From Phormidesmis sp. (GTDB lineage Bacteria; Cyanobacteriota; Cyanobacteriia; Leptolyngbyales; Leptolyngbyaceae), in the NCBI GenBank assembly GCA_965248535.1, contig CBDFJR010000002.1:1408001-1472000 (forward strand): 64,000 nucleotides of DNA. Direction: 5' to 3'. The notes beneath the pieces were generated by a model. That model did not search any database. It worked only from the letters and a program-made list of their open reading frames with translations, and was not told where the DNA came from. The translations under genes were made by a program, and so were the position numbers. Shown here piece after piece: positions 50,725 through 64,000 of this stretch (its first letter is position 1; every line of letters starts with the position of its first letter).

Positions 50725-51561
50725 GTGGTTATGGACTGGCTCCCATTCGTTGATCTGGCTGGCTTGGGTGATTGGCTGGCTCAAACGCCTACTGCGGGCA
50801 CTCAGGTAGATTTGTTGCGACAGCAGCTTGATTTTCTGACTAAAGAAAATGCTCGGCAGACCGGAGAGTTTGCCGAAAAGCTGAGGCTGATCACCGATGA
50901 GAACAAAAGTTTAAGCGAAAGTTTTAAGAATTTTATTGGCACGATGCAGTTTGCGATCGGAGGATTTGGCTTGCTGAGTGCGGGCATCACAGGCGCGATC
51001 GCTTATGTCTTCAAGACCAATTTGGATGATGCCAAACAAGTGGCCAAAGACGGGATCAATCAGCGAGTCGATGCCCACATCAGCGATCTGCTGGACTCGA
51101 AGCTAGACACGGTGAGGCGGACGCTGCAAAAAGAAGAGGTGATCGGCTCAACCTGGGTGGACTATTGCCTGATGGGAGCAAAGGCGATGCCCAAAGAGTT
51201 TGACTTGCTGAAGAGGCGCGGATTTCAGGAGGTGCGCGATCGCCGCGATGAACAGGAGCTTCGGCGATCGTCGGCGCAAGTGGTGGTTTTAGATCTAGAG
51301 AATTGGGTGAATTTGCAGGGGGTGCCGTTTTCTAAATTGCCGGAGAGCGATCGGGAGGCTATAGCCAAACAGCAGATAGATTTGCTGCTTGATGTGTTGG
51401 CGAGCGATGTGGTGCTGGTGGTGTATGTGCGATCGAGAGTGAGTTATCTCAACTCGGTGACCCACGATCGCTACATGTCGCCTGTGAATAACCCGGTGAC
51501 GTTGGTGGGCATGGTGAGCGATGCGGCGTATGTATCGGCAGGAATGAAGGGACGGGGCTGA
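50725..51561 (+). CDS. Membrane protein (coiled coil + TM + alpha/beta domain) beside CRISPR array 1; candidate type III accessory
   Basis: TM FAIGGFGLLSAGITGAIAYVF; C-terminal VVVLDL...VLVVYV...NNPVTL. Confidence 0.7.
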   Translation: MVMDWLPFVDLAGLGDWLAQTPTAGTQVDLLRQQLDFLTKENARQTGEFAEKLRLITDENKSLSESFKNFIGTMQFAIGGFGLLSAGITGAIAYVFKTNLDDAKQVAKDGINQRVDAHISDLLDSKLDTVRRTLQKEEVIGSTWVDYCLMGAKAMPKEFDLLKRRGFQEVRDRRDEQELRRSSAQVVVLDLENWVNLQGVPFSKLPESDREAIAKQQIDLLLDVLASDVVLVVYVRSRVSYLNSVTHDRYMSPVNNPVTLVGMVSDAAYVSAGMKGRG

Positions 51562-51753
51562 GATTCGACAACGCCACCGCGACGATCGTCGATTTCGCGA
51601 TCGAGTTCTTCATCGTTGACTGAGCAGGATTGCTTTTATTCTACGATTTGTGGATGTGGTTTTCTCGAAAGATGACGATCGTGAGTTGCGTCAACCGAGT
51701 TCCGATCGCTGGCTCTCTCTAAGCTGCTGGTTTGAGGCGATCGCCGCTGCAAA

Positions 51754-51786
51754 AGACCTCCGATTTCTTGAAGAAATCGGAGGTCT
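51754..51786. repeat. Perfect 16-bp inverted repeat at the trailer end of array 1
   Basis: agacctccgatttctt-g-aagaaatcggaggtct. Confidence 0.85.
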
Positions 51787-51800
51787 AGTCCCCACGCCAA

Positions 51801-52646
51801 GTTTTCAATTAACCCGATCGCAGGTGATCGACAACGGTTGATTCTATGAATCAGCAGTCAAACTCCACAACGTTTCCAACTAATCCGATCGCAGGTGATC
51901 GGCAACCTGGAGAAGTGTCACTACTCAAGCCTACTTCCAACTAATCCGATCGCAGGTGATCGGCAACGATTTAAACTAAGGGGACCAAGGCACCAGGTTT
52001 CCAACTAATCCGATCGCAGGTGATCGGCAACGCTTCAAACCTGAAGCTAAACAACGGATACAATAGAGTTTCCAACTAATCCGATCGCAGGTGATCGGCA
52101 ACCCGTTTCAAGCTAGTTTCCAACTAATCCGATCGCAGGTGATCGGCAACAATCCTCCAAGAGTGGATTCGATTTTTGATCAAAGAGTTTCCAACTAATC
52201 CGATCGCAGGTGATCGGCAACGAGTAGAGATTACTTCTGCGGATGCTCAAACACTGTTAGTTTCCAACTAATCCGATCGCAGGTGATCGGCAACCTACTG
52301 GGATTGGCAACTCAACCTGACAAACAAGTCAGTTTCCAACTAATCCGATCGCAGGTGATCGGCAACCGCTCCGACAGCTGCGGAATCCCCTTGGATAAGT
52401 AGTTTCCAACTAATCCGATCGCAGGTGATCGGCAACCCTGACAACATACTTAAAGATCGAACTTATGGGTTTCCAACTAATCCGATCGCAGGTGATCGGC
52501 AACTTTGTTACCCATGCTGGTTACCACTGCATCACTGGTATTGTTTCCAACTAATCCGATCGCAGGTGATCGGCAACTGGTAGTATGGATTTACGATCGA
52601 ACAGAAGAAAAGTTTCCAACTAATCCGATCGCAGGTGATCGGCAAC
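51801..52646 (-). CRISPR. CRISPR array 1: 13 repeats / 12 spacers; repeat GTTGCCGATCACCTGCGATCGGATTAGTTGGAAAC (35 nt)
   Basis: Regular repeats; degenerate terminal repeat at 51801; leader-like region 52647-52970; GAAAC 3' end on minus strand. Confidence 0.97.
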
Positions 52647-52971
52647 CCCGCCCTTTTTAGAGCCTTACCCAGAGCGACTTTCCAGCCTCAAAACTGAGGG
52701 GGTCATTTTCGATGTCAATAAGCAGCCCTCTTATTGCGAAAAGTTACCCATTTTGAAGCGTGAAACCCTTACCCAGAAAGCGATACGCGGGGGTCAACGA
52801 CAGAATGCCGCTTTCAGCGATCACGCGACCCCCCCAGAAATTGGCTTTCTCTATGGTAGCTCCCAAAAAGTCCAAACACCCAAACAATCAGCAAAATTAC
52901 TGAGCCGATTCCGGTTCTTCACAAAATAAGCTTGAATCTGTTAATGGTTTTCTTGTAGAACCTTACCTTTC

Positions 52972-55716
<2,745 letters not shown>

Positions 55717-55720
55717 AATC

Positions 55721-56553
55721 ATGTATCACAAAAAACACGGCATCATTGAAACGTTGGCTCCGGTGCATGTGGGTGCTAGCGCGGGCGAAGAAACAGGCAA
55801 CCTGAATCTGATTTTTCGTGACCAATTTACTCAAACGGGAATAATTCCTGGCAGTTCGATTCGGGGGCGATTTCGGGCAGATATGCGCCAAAAAGAAACC
55901 GAAAGTCATCTCAGCGATCTGCCTGAAACCTCCAAGTGGTATGGACATCACGCTCTCGCTCAAAAAGATGGAGGCACCACCGAAGCCCTAGTGAAGTTTG
56001 AATATGCCTCGCTGGTTTGGCTCCCCGTCTTCTGTCCAGGGCAACCGATCGTGTGGGTGACCTGTCCGTGGCTATTGCGACGATACAAGCAAATTGCGGA
56101 GATTGAAGAGAAGCTTCCCGAAGCTTACACCGCTCCCAAGGGTCTACAGGGGCGACAGGTCGAGGGCGTAAATCGCAAAGTGTTGTTCTTTAATCTCGGC
56201 TTTTTAGAAATCGAACATGAAGCAGATTTATCAATGTGGATACCAACAGGAATTAACATCAAAACAGACAATCTAGTGGTCGTGGCAGATAACGATATTG
56301 CAATGCTGCATGATATGGCGCTCTATCGTCAAAGTCGCGTCAAATTAGAGACGACACTATGAAGAAAGTAGATACGGAAAAAGGCGCTTTCTTCAACGTC
56401 GAAGCATTGCCGGAAGGCAGTATTTTAGTGTTCCCGATCGCCCTCAAAAACCCCGATTGGAAGCCTTTTGAATCAGAAACTGCCGAACTCTATTTTGGTG
56501 GCTTGGAATCGATCGGGTTTGGTCGCTGTCGTGTCACCCTCAAAGGAGCATAA
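55721..56553 (+). CDS. cmr4: Cmr4 (Cas7 group RAMP); frameshift near 56355
   Basis: LAPVHVGA, IPGSSIRGRFR; C-terminal GGLESIGFG in next ORF 56359..56553. Confidence 0.9.
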
Positions 56554-56558
56554 GCATC

Positions 56559-56966
56559 ATGGCTTGGAAATCTTATGACCTCGATCGGGCAGCCCAAAAG
56601 CTCGTTCTCGATGCTCGTCAACGCGATCCGCAGTCACTCAATCAAGCGCACAAAATGCGAATGTCGGTCGCCTACGGATTAGAACGATTTTGGGGAGAAC
56701 AGCTACGACTTCAGGGAAAAGAACCCGAAAAAGCAAAGTTTTGGGAAGAGACTTGGAATACTCTAATCAACGTGATGAACAACGCTGGCATGAAGCTCCC
56801 AAACGATAAAGTGAATGGAAGCAACACCCAGCAAATTCAAGTCATGTCAAAAAAATTATGGGAACTGACGATCGACGAACAACGGGTGACCCTCGCTGTT
56901 TTAACACAGCTCTGTGATTGCATTGTCTGGTGGACACAACGCTACAAAACAAAAGGAGACGACTAA
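56559..56966 (+). CDS. cmr5: Cmr5 small subunit (Cas11)
   Basis: Helical 135 aa between cmr4 and cmr6; YGLERFWGE, LTQLCDCIVWWTQRYK. Confidence 0.75.
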   Translation: MAWKSYDLDRAAQKLVLDARQRDPQSLNQAHKMRMSVAYGLERFWGEQLRLQGKEPEKAKFWEETWNTLINVMNNAGMKLPNDKVNGSNTQQIQVMSKKLWELTIDEQRVTLAVLTQLCDCIVWWTQRYKTKGDD

Positions 56967-58663
56967 TGGCCCTCGTCCCAGATGCGTTTAAAAAAGTGCC
57001 GATGATGTTTCAGGCACAGGTCGATGGACGATGCCAAATACAACGTCTCGACCCAGACAAAAAGAAACGTGACGAAGAACAAGACTGCGATCGCTGGGCA
57101 GATGAATGGATTGATAAAGTTGATCGCTTGCCCGATGCTAGATTTGGGGCGCAGACCCGCGATCGCACCTTCACTTGGCGCGTCATTTCTAACAGCGGCG
57201 TTGATGATGGGGTGATCCGTCCGGTGATTGGTGCCCAGGGCAATCCTTACTATCCCGGCAGCAGCATGAAGGGCATTTTTCGTCGGGCCTGCACGACCGA
57301 ACAAGCCGATCGCTACTGTGGAAAACCGCTCCCTAACCGCGATTGGCAACCGGGAATTTTGCGCTTTCACGGGGGCTATCCCGTCAACGACGATTGGACA
57401 GATCATCTGGTGGATATTGTGCATCCGCAGCAGGGCAGACAGGTCAAAGATCAGTCAGAAAAATCGAGTGCGTTTGTCCAAGTGTCGCTCTATAAACCGA
57501 AAATGCGGTTTGAGATTTCTAGCACTGTGACTTTAGAGGAGCATCAGTGGGCAGAAATCTGGGAGATTTGGGAACGTGCGATCGCGACAGGCATCGGCAG
57601 CCGAGTCTGTGCAGGTTACGGTCAGCCCGAAGTTGTCGGCAAGCCACACGGCGACCTTCTCTATCAGACGCGATTGCAGGGGCAAGGACAAGCCGCAATG
57701 CTGATCGATGGAACGGGAGAGTTTCGTCCCAACGTGTTTCGGGCGGCGTTGCGAGGTCACGCCCTACGGATTTTTGGCGGACTGACTGATGCCCGATCGA
57801 CAGAAAAAATCGTCGAGCAACTCTTCGGCGGCATCAGCAACGGTGGCGGAACGGTGGGACTTTTGAGAATGCGATTTCAAACGTCTCAGTTAGAGATTGA
57901 CTCATTTGGGAGACACAACAATCCAACCTATGATGTGCGAGGAGAACTCACCTGGTTATTAACTCAACCAACGCTGGAAGCAACACAAGCAGCAACGCTA
58001 AAAAGACTGATTGCACAACTGACTCAATTTGCAATGGTGTTGGGTGGGTTTGGCAAATCGTGGCGACGATCGGATCATCGATTATTTTTTGAGGATTACA
58101 ACAAAGATAGCTATAAGCCGTTAATCGGCTGTCACTGGCGGTGGTTGGGCGATCGGGCATTTATTCAAGATGTGCAGGTGCGAAAACTCGATAAGCTGGG
58201 CGAGTTTATTGAAAAAGTGCGACAAACGGCGCGGGAGTGGATGCAGCTTCAGCCAGAGTCATATCCCGATGGCTGTGCAGATTGGCGAGAGAGTTGGCAC
58301 CCGCAACGGGCACAGATTTGGGGACGGGAGGCTGACGATCGTGACGACAGTGAAGCGATCGTGTGGTTTCATCGCGATCGCCCAGACAAATCTCTCACGC
58401 AGCCTCCCATTATCAAAAAGTCTTCGCTCACGGGTGAGATGGGCAAAATTGGGCGCATCTGGCACCGAATGTATCCGGTGGTGGGGTTAAATCGCCCGAT
58501 CGAGCCTGGGGGCAAGCCGATTCCTAGACCAACGCCGCGTTTTTTGGAGTTGCTGACGATTTTTCCTGATGATTCTTTAGAGTCGGAGCGGTTTTTAGAG
58601 TTTTTGCACTCGCAGCAGGGAGCTTCGCGAGGATTTCGGTTGTTGTGGGGTGGAGTTGAATGA
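56966..58663 (+). CDS. cmr6: Double-RAMP protein (Cmr6-Cmr1-like fusion)
   Basis: PYYPGSSMKG, GIGSRVCAGYG, then FRAALRGH and LGGFGKSWRR. Confidence 0.82.
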   Translation: MALVPDAFKKVPMMFQAQVDGRCQIQRLDPDKKKRDEEQDCDRWADEWIDKVDRLPDARFGAQTRDRTFTWRVISNSGVDDGVIRPVIGAQGNPYYPGSSMKGIFRRACTTEQADRYCGKPLPNRDWQPGILRFHGGYPVNDDWTDHLVDIVHPQQGRQVKDQSEKSSAFVQVSLYKPKMRFEISSTVTLEEHQWAEIWEIWERAIATGIGSRVCAGYGQPEVVGKPHGDLLYQTRLQGQGQAAMLIDGTGEFRPNVFRAALRGHALRIFGGLTDARSTEKIVEQLFGGISNGGGTVGLLRMRFQTSQLEIDSFGRHNNPTYDVRGELTWLLTQPTLEATQAATLKRLIAQLTQFAMVLGGFGKSWRRSDHRLFFEDYNKDSYKPLIGCHWRWLGDRAFIQDVQVRKLDKLGEFIEKVRQTAREWMQLQPESYPDGCADWRESWHPQRAQIWGREADDRDDSEAIVWFHRDRPDKSLTQPPIIKKSSLTGEMGKIGRIWHRMYPVVGLNRPIEPGGKPIPRPTPRFLELLTIFPDDSLESERFLEFLHSQQGASRGFRLLWGGVE

Positions 58664-59013
58664 TCCTGTACGATCGCATTAATTTAGATTCACTCACTGC
58701 AATGGAAAGCGCTATCAGACCCGAAACTGAATCGATGATTCAAGTGATCATGCAAGGGCGCGAAGGCGGCGAACGAAACGTAGAGACTCCTGCGGGCGCG
58801 ATCGACCTTTTGACTGACCAAGAAGTGATTGAAATCAAACACGTTCACAACTGGAAAGATGCCACAAAAGTGCTGGTTTATCAAACTTATTTTCCCGATC
58901 GTCAGCCCAGAGTTCATCTATTTGGCGGCTACAGTCGGCAAACGAGAGCCACGATCGAGGAGGCTTTTGGTAAACTAAACATCACTGTGACTTGGGAACG
59001 TGACCCGTTTTAG
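58660..59013 (+). CDS. Small PD-(D/E)xK nuclease-like protein coupled to cmr6
   Basis: VETPAGAIDLLTDQEVIEIK; ATGA overlap with cmr6 stop. Confidence 0.65.
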   Translation: MILYDRINLDSLTAMESAIRPETESMIQVIMQGREGGERNVETPAGAIDLLTDQEVIEIKHVHNWKDATKVLVYQTYFPDRQPRVHLFGGYSRQTRATIEEAFGKLNITVTWERDPF

Positions 59014-59239
59014 AGGCTTTTGTTTTTTGCAGGGTGAAGAATAGCTGAGTAATGCGCGAATGATGATGATTTGCTGAAACCCTGATTCTGTCGTAGCGAT
59101 CCGCGAACCTTGTAGAGTCAGGATTTTGAGGGCTTGAGCACTATTTATTTTCAATAAGTCTTTGGTTAATGACTTGAAAAATTCGATCCGCGCAAATACT
59201 ATGGGGAAAGCTTACGGAGTAAGGATTCTGTAGGCAGCA

Positions 59240-61267
59240 GTTGTGCCGATCCTTCACGATCGGATTAGTTGGAAACGCCATGGTTGGGTCGGCAATCTGC
59301 AAGCCAGTTGTGCCGATCCTTCACGATCGGATTAGTTGGAAACAACCCTCTTCATCTGGTTTGCGTGCGATCGCCTCGGTAGTCCCACCCACGGTGAGTT
59401 GTGCCGATCCTTCACGATCGGATTAGTTGGAAACCGAATCAGCCTGCTCGGTACTTTGATGACTGGTTGTGCCGATCCTTCACGATCGGATTAGTTGGAA
59501 ACGTGACTCTTGCAGCATCGGTATAGCAAGATAAATGGTTGTGCCGATCCTTCACGATCGGATTAGTTGGAAACAGAGAGAGTTCTGAAGCGGTCTGATC
59601 ATTCTGAATAGGTTGTGCCGATCCTTCACGATCGGATTAGTTGGAAACGAACGATTAACCGTTGAGGTTGACGCAACGTTGTGCCGATCCTTCACGATCG
59701 GATTAGTTGGATGGTGTGACGTTGTGCCGATCCTTCACGATCGGATTAGTTGGAAACGTCAAATCCTTGATCGAGTTGCCGCCGCCATTGAGTTGTGCCG
59801 ATCCTTCACGATCGGATTAGTTAAGGTTGCCAGGCCGTTGTGCCGATCCTTCACGATCGGATTAGTTGGAAACTTACTCGATTGCAAGTCTCTACGCTTC
59901 TTTTTTAGATAGTTGTGCCGATCCTTCACGATCGGATTAGTTGGAAATCGCTTCAAGATTTGATAGTTGTGCCGATCCTTCACGATCGGATTAGTTGGAA
60001 ACCATTGTCGCGTCTGCGCAAGGAGTTGTGCCGATCCTTCACGATCGGATTAGTTGGAAACCGAACGTTGTGCCGATCCTTCACGATCGGATTAGTTGGC
60101 GATCGGTACGGCTGATCAAAACGTTGTGCCGATCCTTCACGATCGGATTAGTTGGAAAAGCACCACAGAGAATTGGTTGTGCCGATCCTTCACGATCGGA
60201 TTAGTTCTTGGGTCATTGCCGAACAATGGTTGTGCCGATCCTTCACGATCGGATTAGTTGGAAATCGGTATCAACCGCTGGATTGATTGTTGACGTTGTG
60301 CCGATCCTTCACGATCGCACGGAACCTGCGAGTTGTGCCGATCCTTCACGATCGGATTAGTTGGAAAGCGCGAGTTGTGCCGATCCTTCACGATCGGATT
60401 AGTTGGTGGGCGTAGGCATTAGTTTAGCAGATCACTGACGTTGTGCCGATCCTTCACGATCGGATTAGTTGGAAACTCACTGAATTCGATCCTTCACGAT
60501 CGATTAGCGTCAAGAACTGTTGAGGTTGTGCCGATCCTTCACGATCGGATTAGTTGGAAACCCACAGAAAGGTGCCGATCCTTCCCGGAAGTTGGAAAAG
60601 CAGCCGAGTTGTGCCGATCCTTCACGATCGGATTAGTTGGAAACGGATTAGTTGAAATTAGCGGGTGCCGATCAGAATCCTTCACGCGGATTAGTTGGGC
60701 GGACGCGAGCATTGACAAAGGTTGTGCCGATCCTTCACGATCGGATTAGTTGGAAAACTCGCCCGACCCAAGCCCTGAGTTCTGTAATCGATACCGCAGG
60801 GTTGGGTGGGTTGTGCCGATCCTTCACGATCGGATTATAGATCCTTCACGACGCTGACGGCTTTTAATTGTTGTGCCGATCCTTCACGATCGGATTAGTT
60901 GGAAACTTGAGGTTTGGCCTCTACAGAAGAAAAGTTGTGCCGATCCTTCACGATCGGATTAGTTGGAAACCGAAACTTGCAGACCAGTACGTCAATTCTG
61001 ACATCCGAGCGCTCGTTGTGCCGATCCTTCACGATCGGATTAGTTGGAAACGGTGTTGCTCTGAACCTGCGAAGTTTGCGTAAAGTTGTGCCGATCCTTC
61101 TCGATCGGATTAGTTGGAAACTGACGGCTTTTAATCCCGCAGGCGACTGCTTTACTAGTTGTGCCGATCCTTCACGATCGGATTAGTTGGAAACGTCTTG
61201 AGTTGGGTCGCCTGTGCAATGATTTGGTCAGTTGTGCCGATCCTTCACGATCGGATTCATCAAAAAC
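59240..61267 (+). CRISPR. CRISPR array 2: ~31 clear plus ~4 fragmentary repeats; repeat GTTGTGCCGATCCTTCACGATCGGATTAGTTGGAAAC (37 nt); irregular middle
   Basis: Repeats from 59240 to degenerate last copy at 61231; leader-like region 59014-59239. Confidence 0.96.
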
Positions 61268-61379
61268 CTGACCTCTGCCGTGCGATCGCAGCAGTCAGGC
61301 TAAAGTTAAATGAGCAAAGCGATCGAGTTTTAATAAGCCCGATCGCTTTCAACGTTTGGAAAGTAGATATTTGGTTGAA

Positions 61380-61757
61380 ATGCCCATAGATAGAGATGAT
61401 ATTCAAGCGCAAGCACGGCAGATTCTTGACCTACTCGCCTTCACGCCATTCAGCAACTGTCAATCCCTGAGCCGCCAGTTTGATACGATTCCTAGTCGCC
61501 CAGGACTTTATGCAATTCGGCACAAAGCTGCTGGACTCTTGTACATCGGCAAGACCAAGAATTTGCGTGGACGTTTCACCAATGGACACAAGGCATTCTT
61601 ATGGGCATGGCTCGATAAGTACTATGAAGAGGATGTGCGAATTGCAACGCACACGCTTTCCCACTGGAACAGCCCAACTTTACTATTAGAATTAGAGGCA
61701 ATCCTGCTAAGAGCAACCGAACCGCCCTACAACGTCCAAATCCCAATGGAGACGTAA
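61380..61757 (+). CDS. GIY-YIG nuclease-family protein
   Basis: PGLYAI...LLYIGKTKNLRGRF...E...PPYN. Confidence 0.85.
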   Translation: MPIDRDDIQAQARQILDLLAFTPFSNCQSLSRQFDTIPSRPGLYAIRHKAAGLLYIGKTKNLRGRFTNGHKAFLWAWLDKYYEEDVRIATHTLSHWNSPTLLLELEAILLRATEPPYNVQIPMET

Positions 61758-61761
61758 ATCC

Positions 61762-61968
61762 ATGCAAGACACTGCCCTCGAACAACTTTCAGCCGTCGAT
61801 GCTCAAGCAATTCTAGAGCGTCTACCAGAGCGAATTAGAGCAGCACTAGTCGATCGTGCAACCGACATCGAATATCCACTCGAAGCCATTATCGAAATGG
61901 CGATCGCGAGTTTCTTAGATGAAGAAGCGCTTGGGTTTGCAGACTGTAAACCAGGGCGCGGTCAGTAG
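61762..61968 (+). CDS. Small hypothetical protein
   Basis: 68-aa ORF 4 bp after the GIY-YIG gene. Confidence 0.65.
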   Translation: MQDTALEQLSAVDAQAILERLPERIRAALVDRATDIEYPLEAIIEMAIASFLDEEALGFADCKPGRGQ

Positions 61969-61987
61969 CAATCTTTAGTTGCACCAG

Positions 61988-62224
61988 ATGACTACAACAT
62001 TTAGCAGACCATTATCCATGCTGCACGAAATTCGCATTGAGAACATTGATCGCTGGAATTTGTTTAAGTTCAGCGAATCACTACAACTTCGGATGGAAGA
62101 CCTTCTCGATAAAAAGAAAGCCAACCAACTCACCCTTGAAGAGATTGTAGAACTCGACGCGATCGGAGAACTCGATCGTGTTCTCACCCATGCCAACGCA
62201 ATGCTCGCCGCTCACCAGATTTGA
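61988..62224 (+). CDS. Small hypothetical protein (antitoxin-like)
   Basis: LQLRMEDLLDKKKANQLT.EE..ELD pattern. Confidence 0.6.
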   Translation: MTTTFSRPLSMLHEIRIENIDRWNLFKFSESLQLRMEDLLDKKKANQLTLEEIVELDAIGELDRVLTHANAMLAAHQI

Positions 62225-62317
62225 TGAGATACCAGCTTTCAGGAGTCCGATCGCCCATTCTTTCAGCACTTCCCTTATCCTAAAAGATGCGATTTAACGA
62301 CTGAGGACTTTGAATTC

Positions 62318-63871
62318 ATGGCACGTCTAGCACTGCTGAGTGTATCTGACAAAACAGGACTGATTGACCTAGCACAAAGCCTAGTCGGAGAATTTGGGTT
62401 CGACATCATCAGCAGCGGCGGCACCGCAAACGCCCTCAAACAAGCAGGCTTGCCCGTCACCAAAGTCTCTGACTACACCGGAGCGCCCGAAATCTTAGGC
62501 GGCCGAGTCAAAACATTGCATCCAAAAATTCACGGCGGCATCCTAGCGCGGCGCGACCTACCCGACCACCTGGCAGACCTAGAAGCCCAGCAGATTCGCC
62601 CGATCGACCTTGTAGTGGTGAATTTATATCCCTTTGAGCAAACGATCGCCAAACCCGACGTGACCTTAGCAGACGCGATCGAGAACATTGACATCGGCGG
62701 CCCCGCCATGATCAGAGCTTCCGCTAAAAACTTTGCTCATCTGACGGTGCTGTGCAATCCCGCTCAATACAACGCATATCTCCAAGAACTGAGACACAAC
62801 AGAGATGCTTCCTTCTCATTTCGTCAAAACTGCGCGTTGCAGGCATTTCAGCACACGGCTAGCTACGATCGTGCCATCTCAACCTATTTAGAAGCTCAAC
62901 AGCCCTCAGACAGTGACCAGCTTCCGGCTAACCTGACCTTAACAGGGCATCAACTTCAAACCCTGCGCTATGGAGAAAACCCCCATCAGCCCGCCGCCTG
63001 GTATCAAACCGGAGCCACCCCGACGGGTTGGGCATCGGCCACCAAACTTCAGGGCAAAGAACTGAGCTATAACAACCTGGTTGACCTCGAAGCCGCCCGA
63101 CAAATCATCGCCGAATTTGCCCCTTTAGACAATGATCCAGCCGCCACGATCATTAAACATACAAACCCCTGTGGATCAGCGATGGGATCATCGTTATCAG
63201 AGGCCTACGAGAAAGCCTTCAACGCCGACTCAACTTCAGCCTTTGGTGGAATCGTGGCAGTCAATCGCCCGATCGATGCCGCCACCGCCACCGCCATGAC
63301 CAAAACCTTTCTAGAGTGCATCGTTGCTCCAGGAATTGAGGCCGATGCTCAAGAAATTCTGCAAGCCAAATCTAAGCTGCGGGTGCTGCTGTTGCCTGAC
63401 TTGCTCAATGGAGCCAAAGAAATTATTAAACCGATCGCAGGCGGATTTCTCGCTCAAGCTTCTGACGATATGATCGCTGACCCGTCTCAGTGGCAACTGC
63501 CCACCGTCAAAAAACCAACTCCAGCCCAGCTTGCCGAGTTATTATTTGCCTGGAAGATTTGCAAACACGTCAAATCTAACGCGATCGTCGTCACCCAAAA
63601 TCGCACCACGATCGGAGTCGGCGCAGGCCAAATGAATCGAGTTGGATCGGTCAAAATTGCTCTAGAACAAGCCGGGGCGCGATCAGCCGGAGCCGTTCTG
63701 GCCAGTGATGGTTTTTTCCCGTTTGACGACTCAGTGAGAACAGCCGCCGCCGCCGGAATTTCTGCCATTGTGCAACCGGGCGGCAGTCTGAGAGACCAAG
63801 ACTCGATCGATGCCGCCAATGAGCTAGGCATCATCATGGTGTTCACCGGGATACGGCACTTCTTGCATTAA
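62318..63871 (+). CDS. purH: Bifunctional AICAR formyltransferase / IMP cyclohydrolase
   Basis: ALLSVSDK, GRVKTLHP, LRYGENPHQ, KHTNPCG, RHFLH. Confidence 0.98.
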   Translation: MARLALLSVSDKTGLIDLAQSLVGEFGFDIISSGGTANALKQAGLPVTKVSDYTGAPEILGGRVKTLHPKIHGGILARRDLPDHLADLEAQQIRPIDLVVVNLYPFEQTIAKPDVTLADAIENIDIGGPAMIRASAKNFAHLTVLCNPAQYNAYLQELRHNRDASFSFRQNCALQAFQHTASYDRAISTYLEAQQPSDSDQLPANLTLTGHQLQTLRYGENPHQPAAWYQTGATPTGWASATKLQGKELSYNNLVDLEAARQIIAEFAPLDNDPAATIIKHTNPCGSAMGSSLSEAYEKAFNADSTSAFGGIVAVNRPIDAATATAMTKTFLECIVAPGIEADAQEILQAKSKLRVLLLPDLLNGAKEIIKPIAGGFLAQASDDMIADPSQWQLPTVKKPTPAQLAELLFAWKICKHVKSNAIVVTQNRTTIGVGAGQMNRVGSVKIALEQAGARSAGAVLASDGFFPFDDSVRTAAAAGISAIVQPGGSLRDQDSIDAANELGIIMVFTGIRHFLH

Positions 63872-63920
63872 ACCAATTATGCTAAGTTTTACAACATTCC
63901 TCGCACACGGAGACCTCTCA

Positions 63921-64000
63921 ATGCCCTTGGACAAGATTCCAGAGTCGGTTAAAGTTTACAGTCAGTTTGTGCACCCGGTTTTGATGTGGGTGCTGTTGGG
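63921..64000 (+). CDS. Start of a membrane protein (DUF4079-like), truncated by window end
   Basis: MPLDKIPESVKVYSQFVHPVLMWVLL. Confidence 0.45.
   Translation, partial: MPLDKIPESVKVYSQFVHPVLMWVLL

Noticed and set aside
59241..61389. Many short ORFs (MCRSFTIGLVG..., VVPILHDRISWK...)
   Set aside because: They are translations of the CRISPR repeats, not genes

Overview
Chromosomal window of a cyanobacterium, inferred from very dense HIP1 GCGATCGC sites and the gene content; probably a filamentous Leptolyngbya/Phormidesmis-like strain. The housekeeping backbone is clpB, selU, the SSADH/2-oxoglutarate decarboxylase pair, bioD, a Ser/Thr kinase, prs, trmL, a LysM-M23 peptidase, cob genes with a cobalamin riboswitch, thrC, coaBC and purH. 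Three accessory blocks stand out. (1) A ~13.4 kb element integrated in tRNA-Met(CAT), bounded by 52-bp identical direct repeats (18990-19041 / 32373-32424). It has a tyrosine integrase, excisionase, iteron-bearing replication initiator, hicB-hicA-hicB cassette, XRE switch, repeat-delimited single-gene cassettes and a ~6.5 kb virion-like module with no recognisable terminase, portal, HK97 capsid or packaging ATPase. It is the best candidate for an undescribed small temperate virus or satellite. (2) A TPR / atypical J-domain / GrpE / Hsp70 / Zn-ribbon-TPR operon directly after attR. (3) A compact type III-B (Cmr) CRISPR locus without cas1/cas2/cas6, between two outward-facing arrays with related but different repeats, with a membrane protein and a small PD-(D/E)xK nuclease as candidate effectors. 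Several spacers weakly resemble, antisense and in frame, the element's structural genes. At least six genes carry single frameshifts, so the assembly probably has indel errors; pseudogene and array-decay claims need read-level confirmation. All calls are by eye; no database searches were run.
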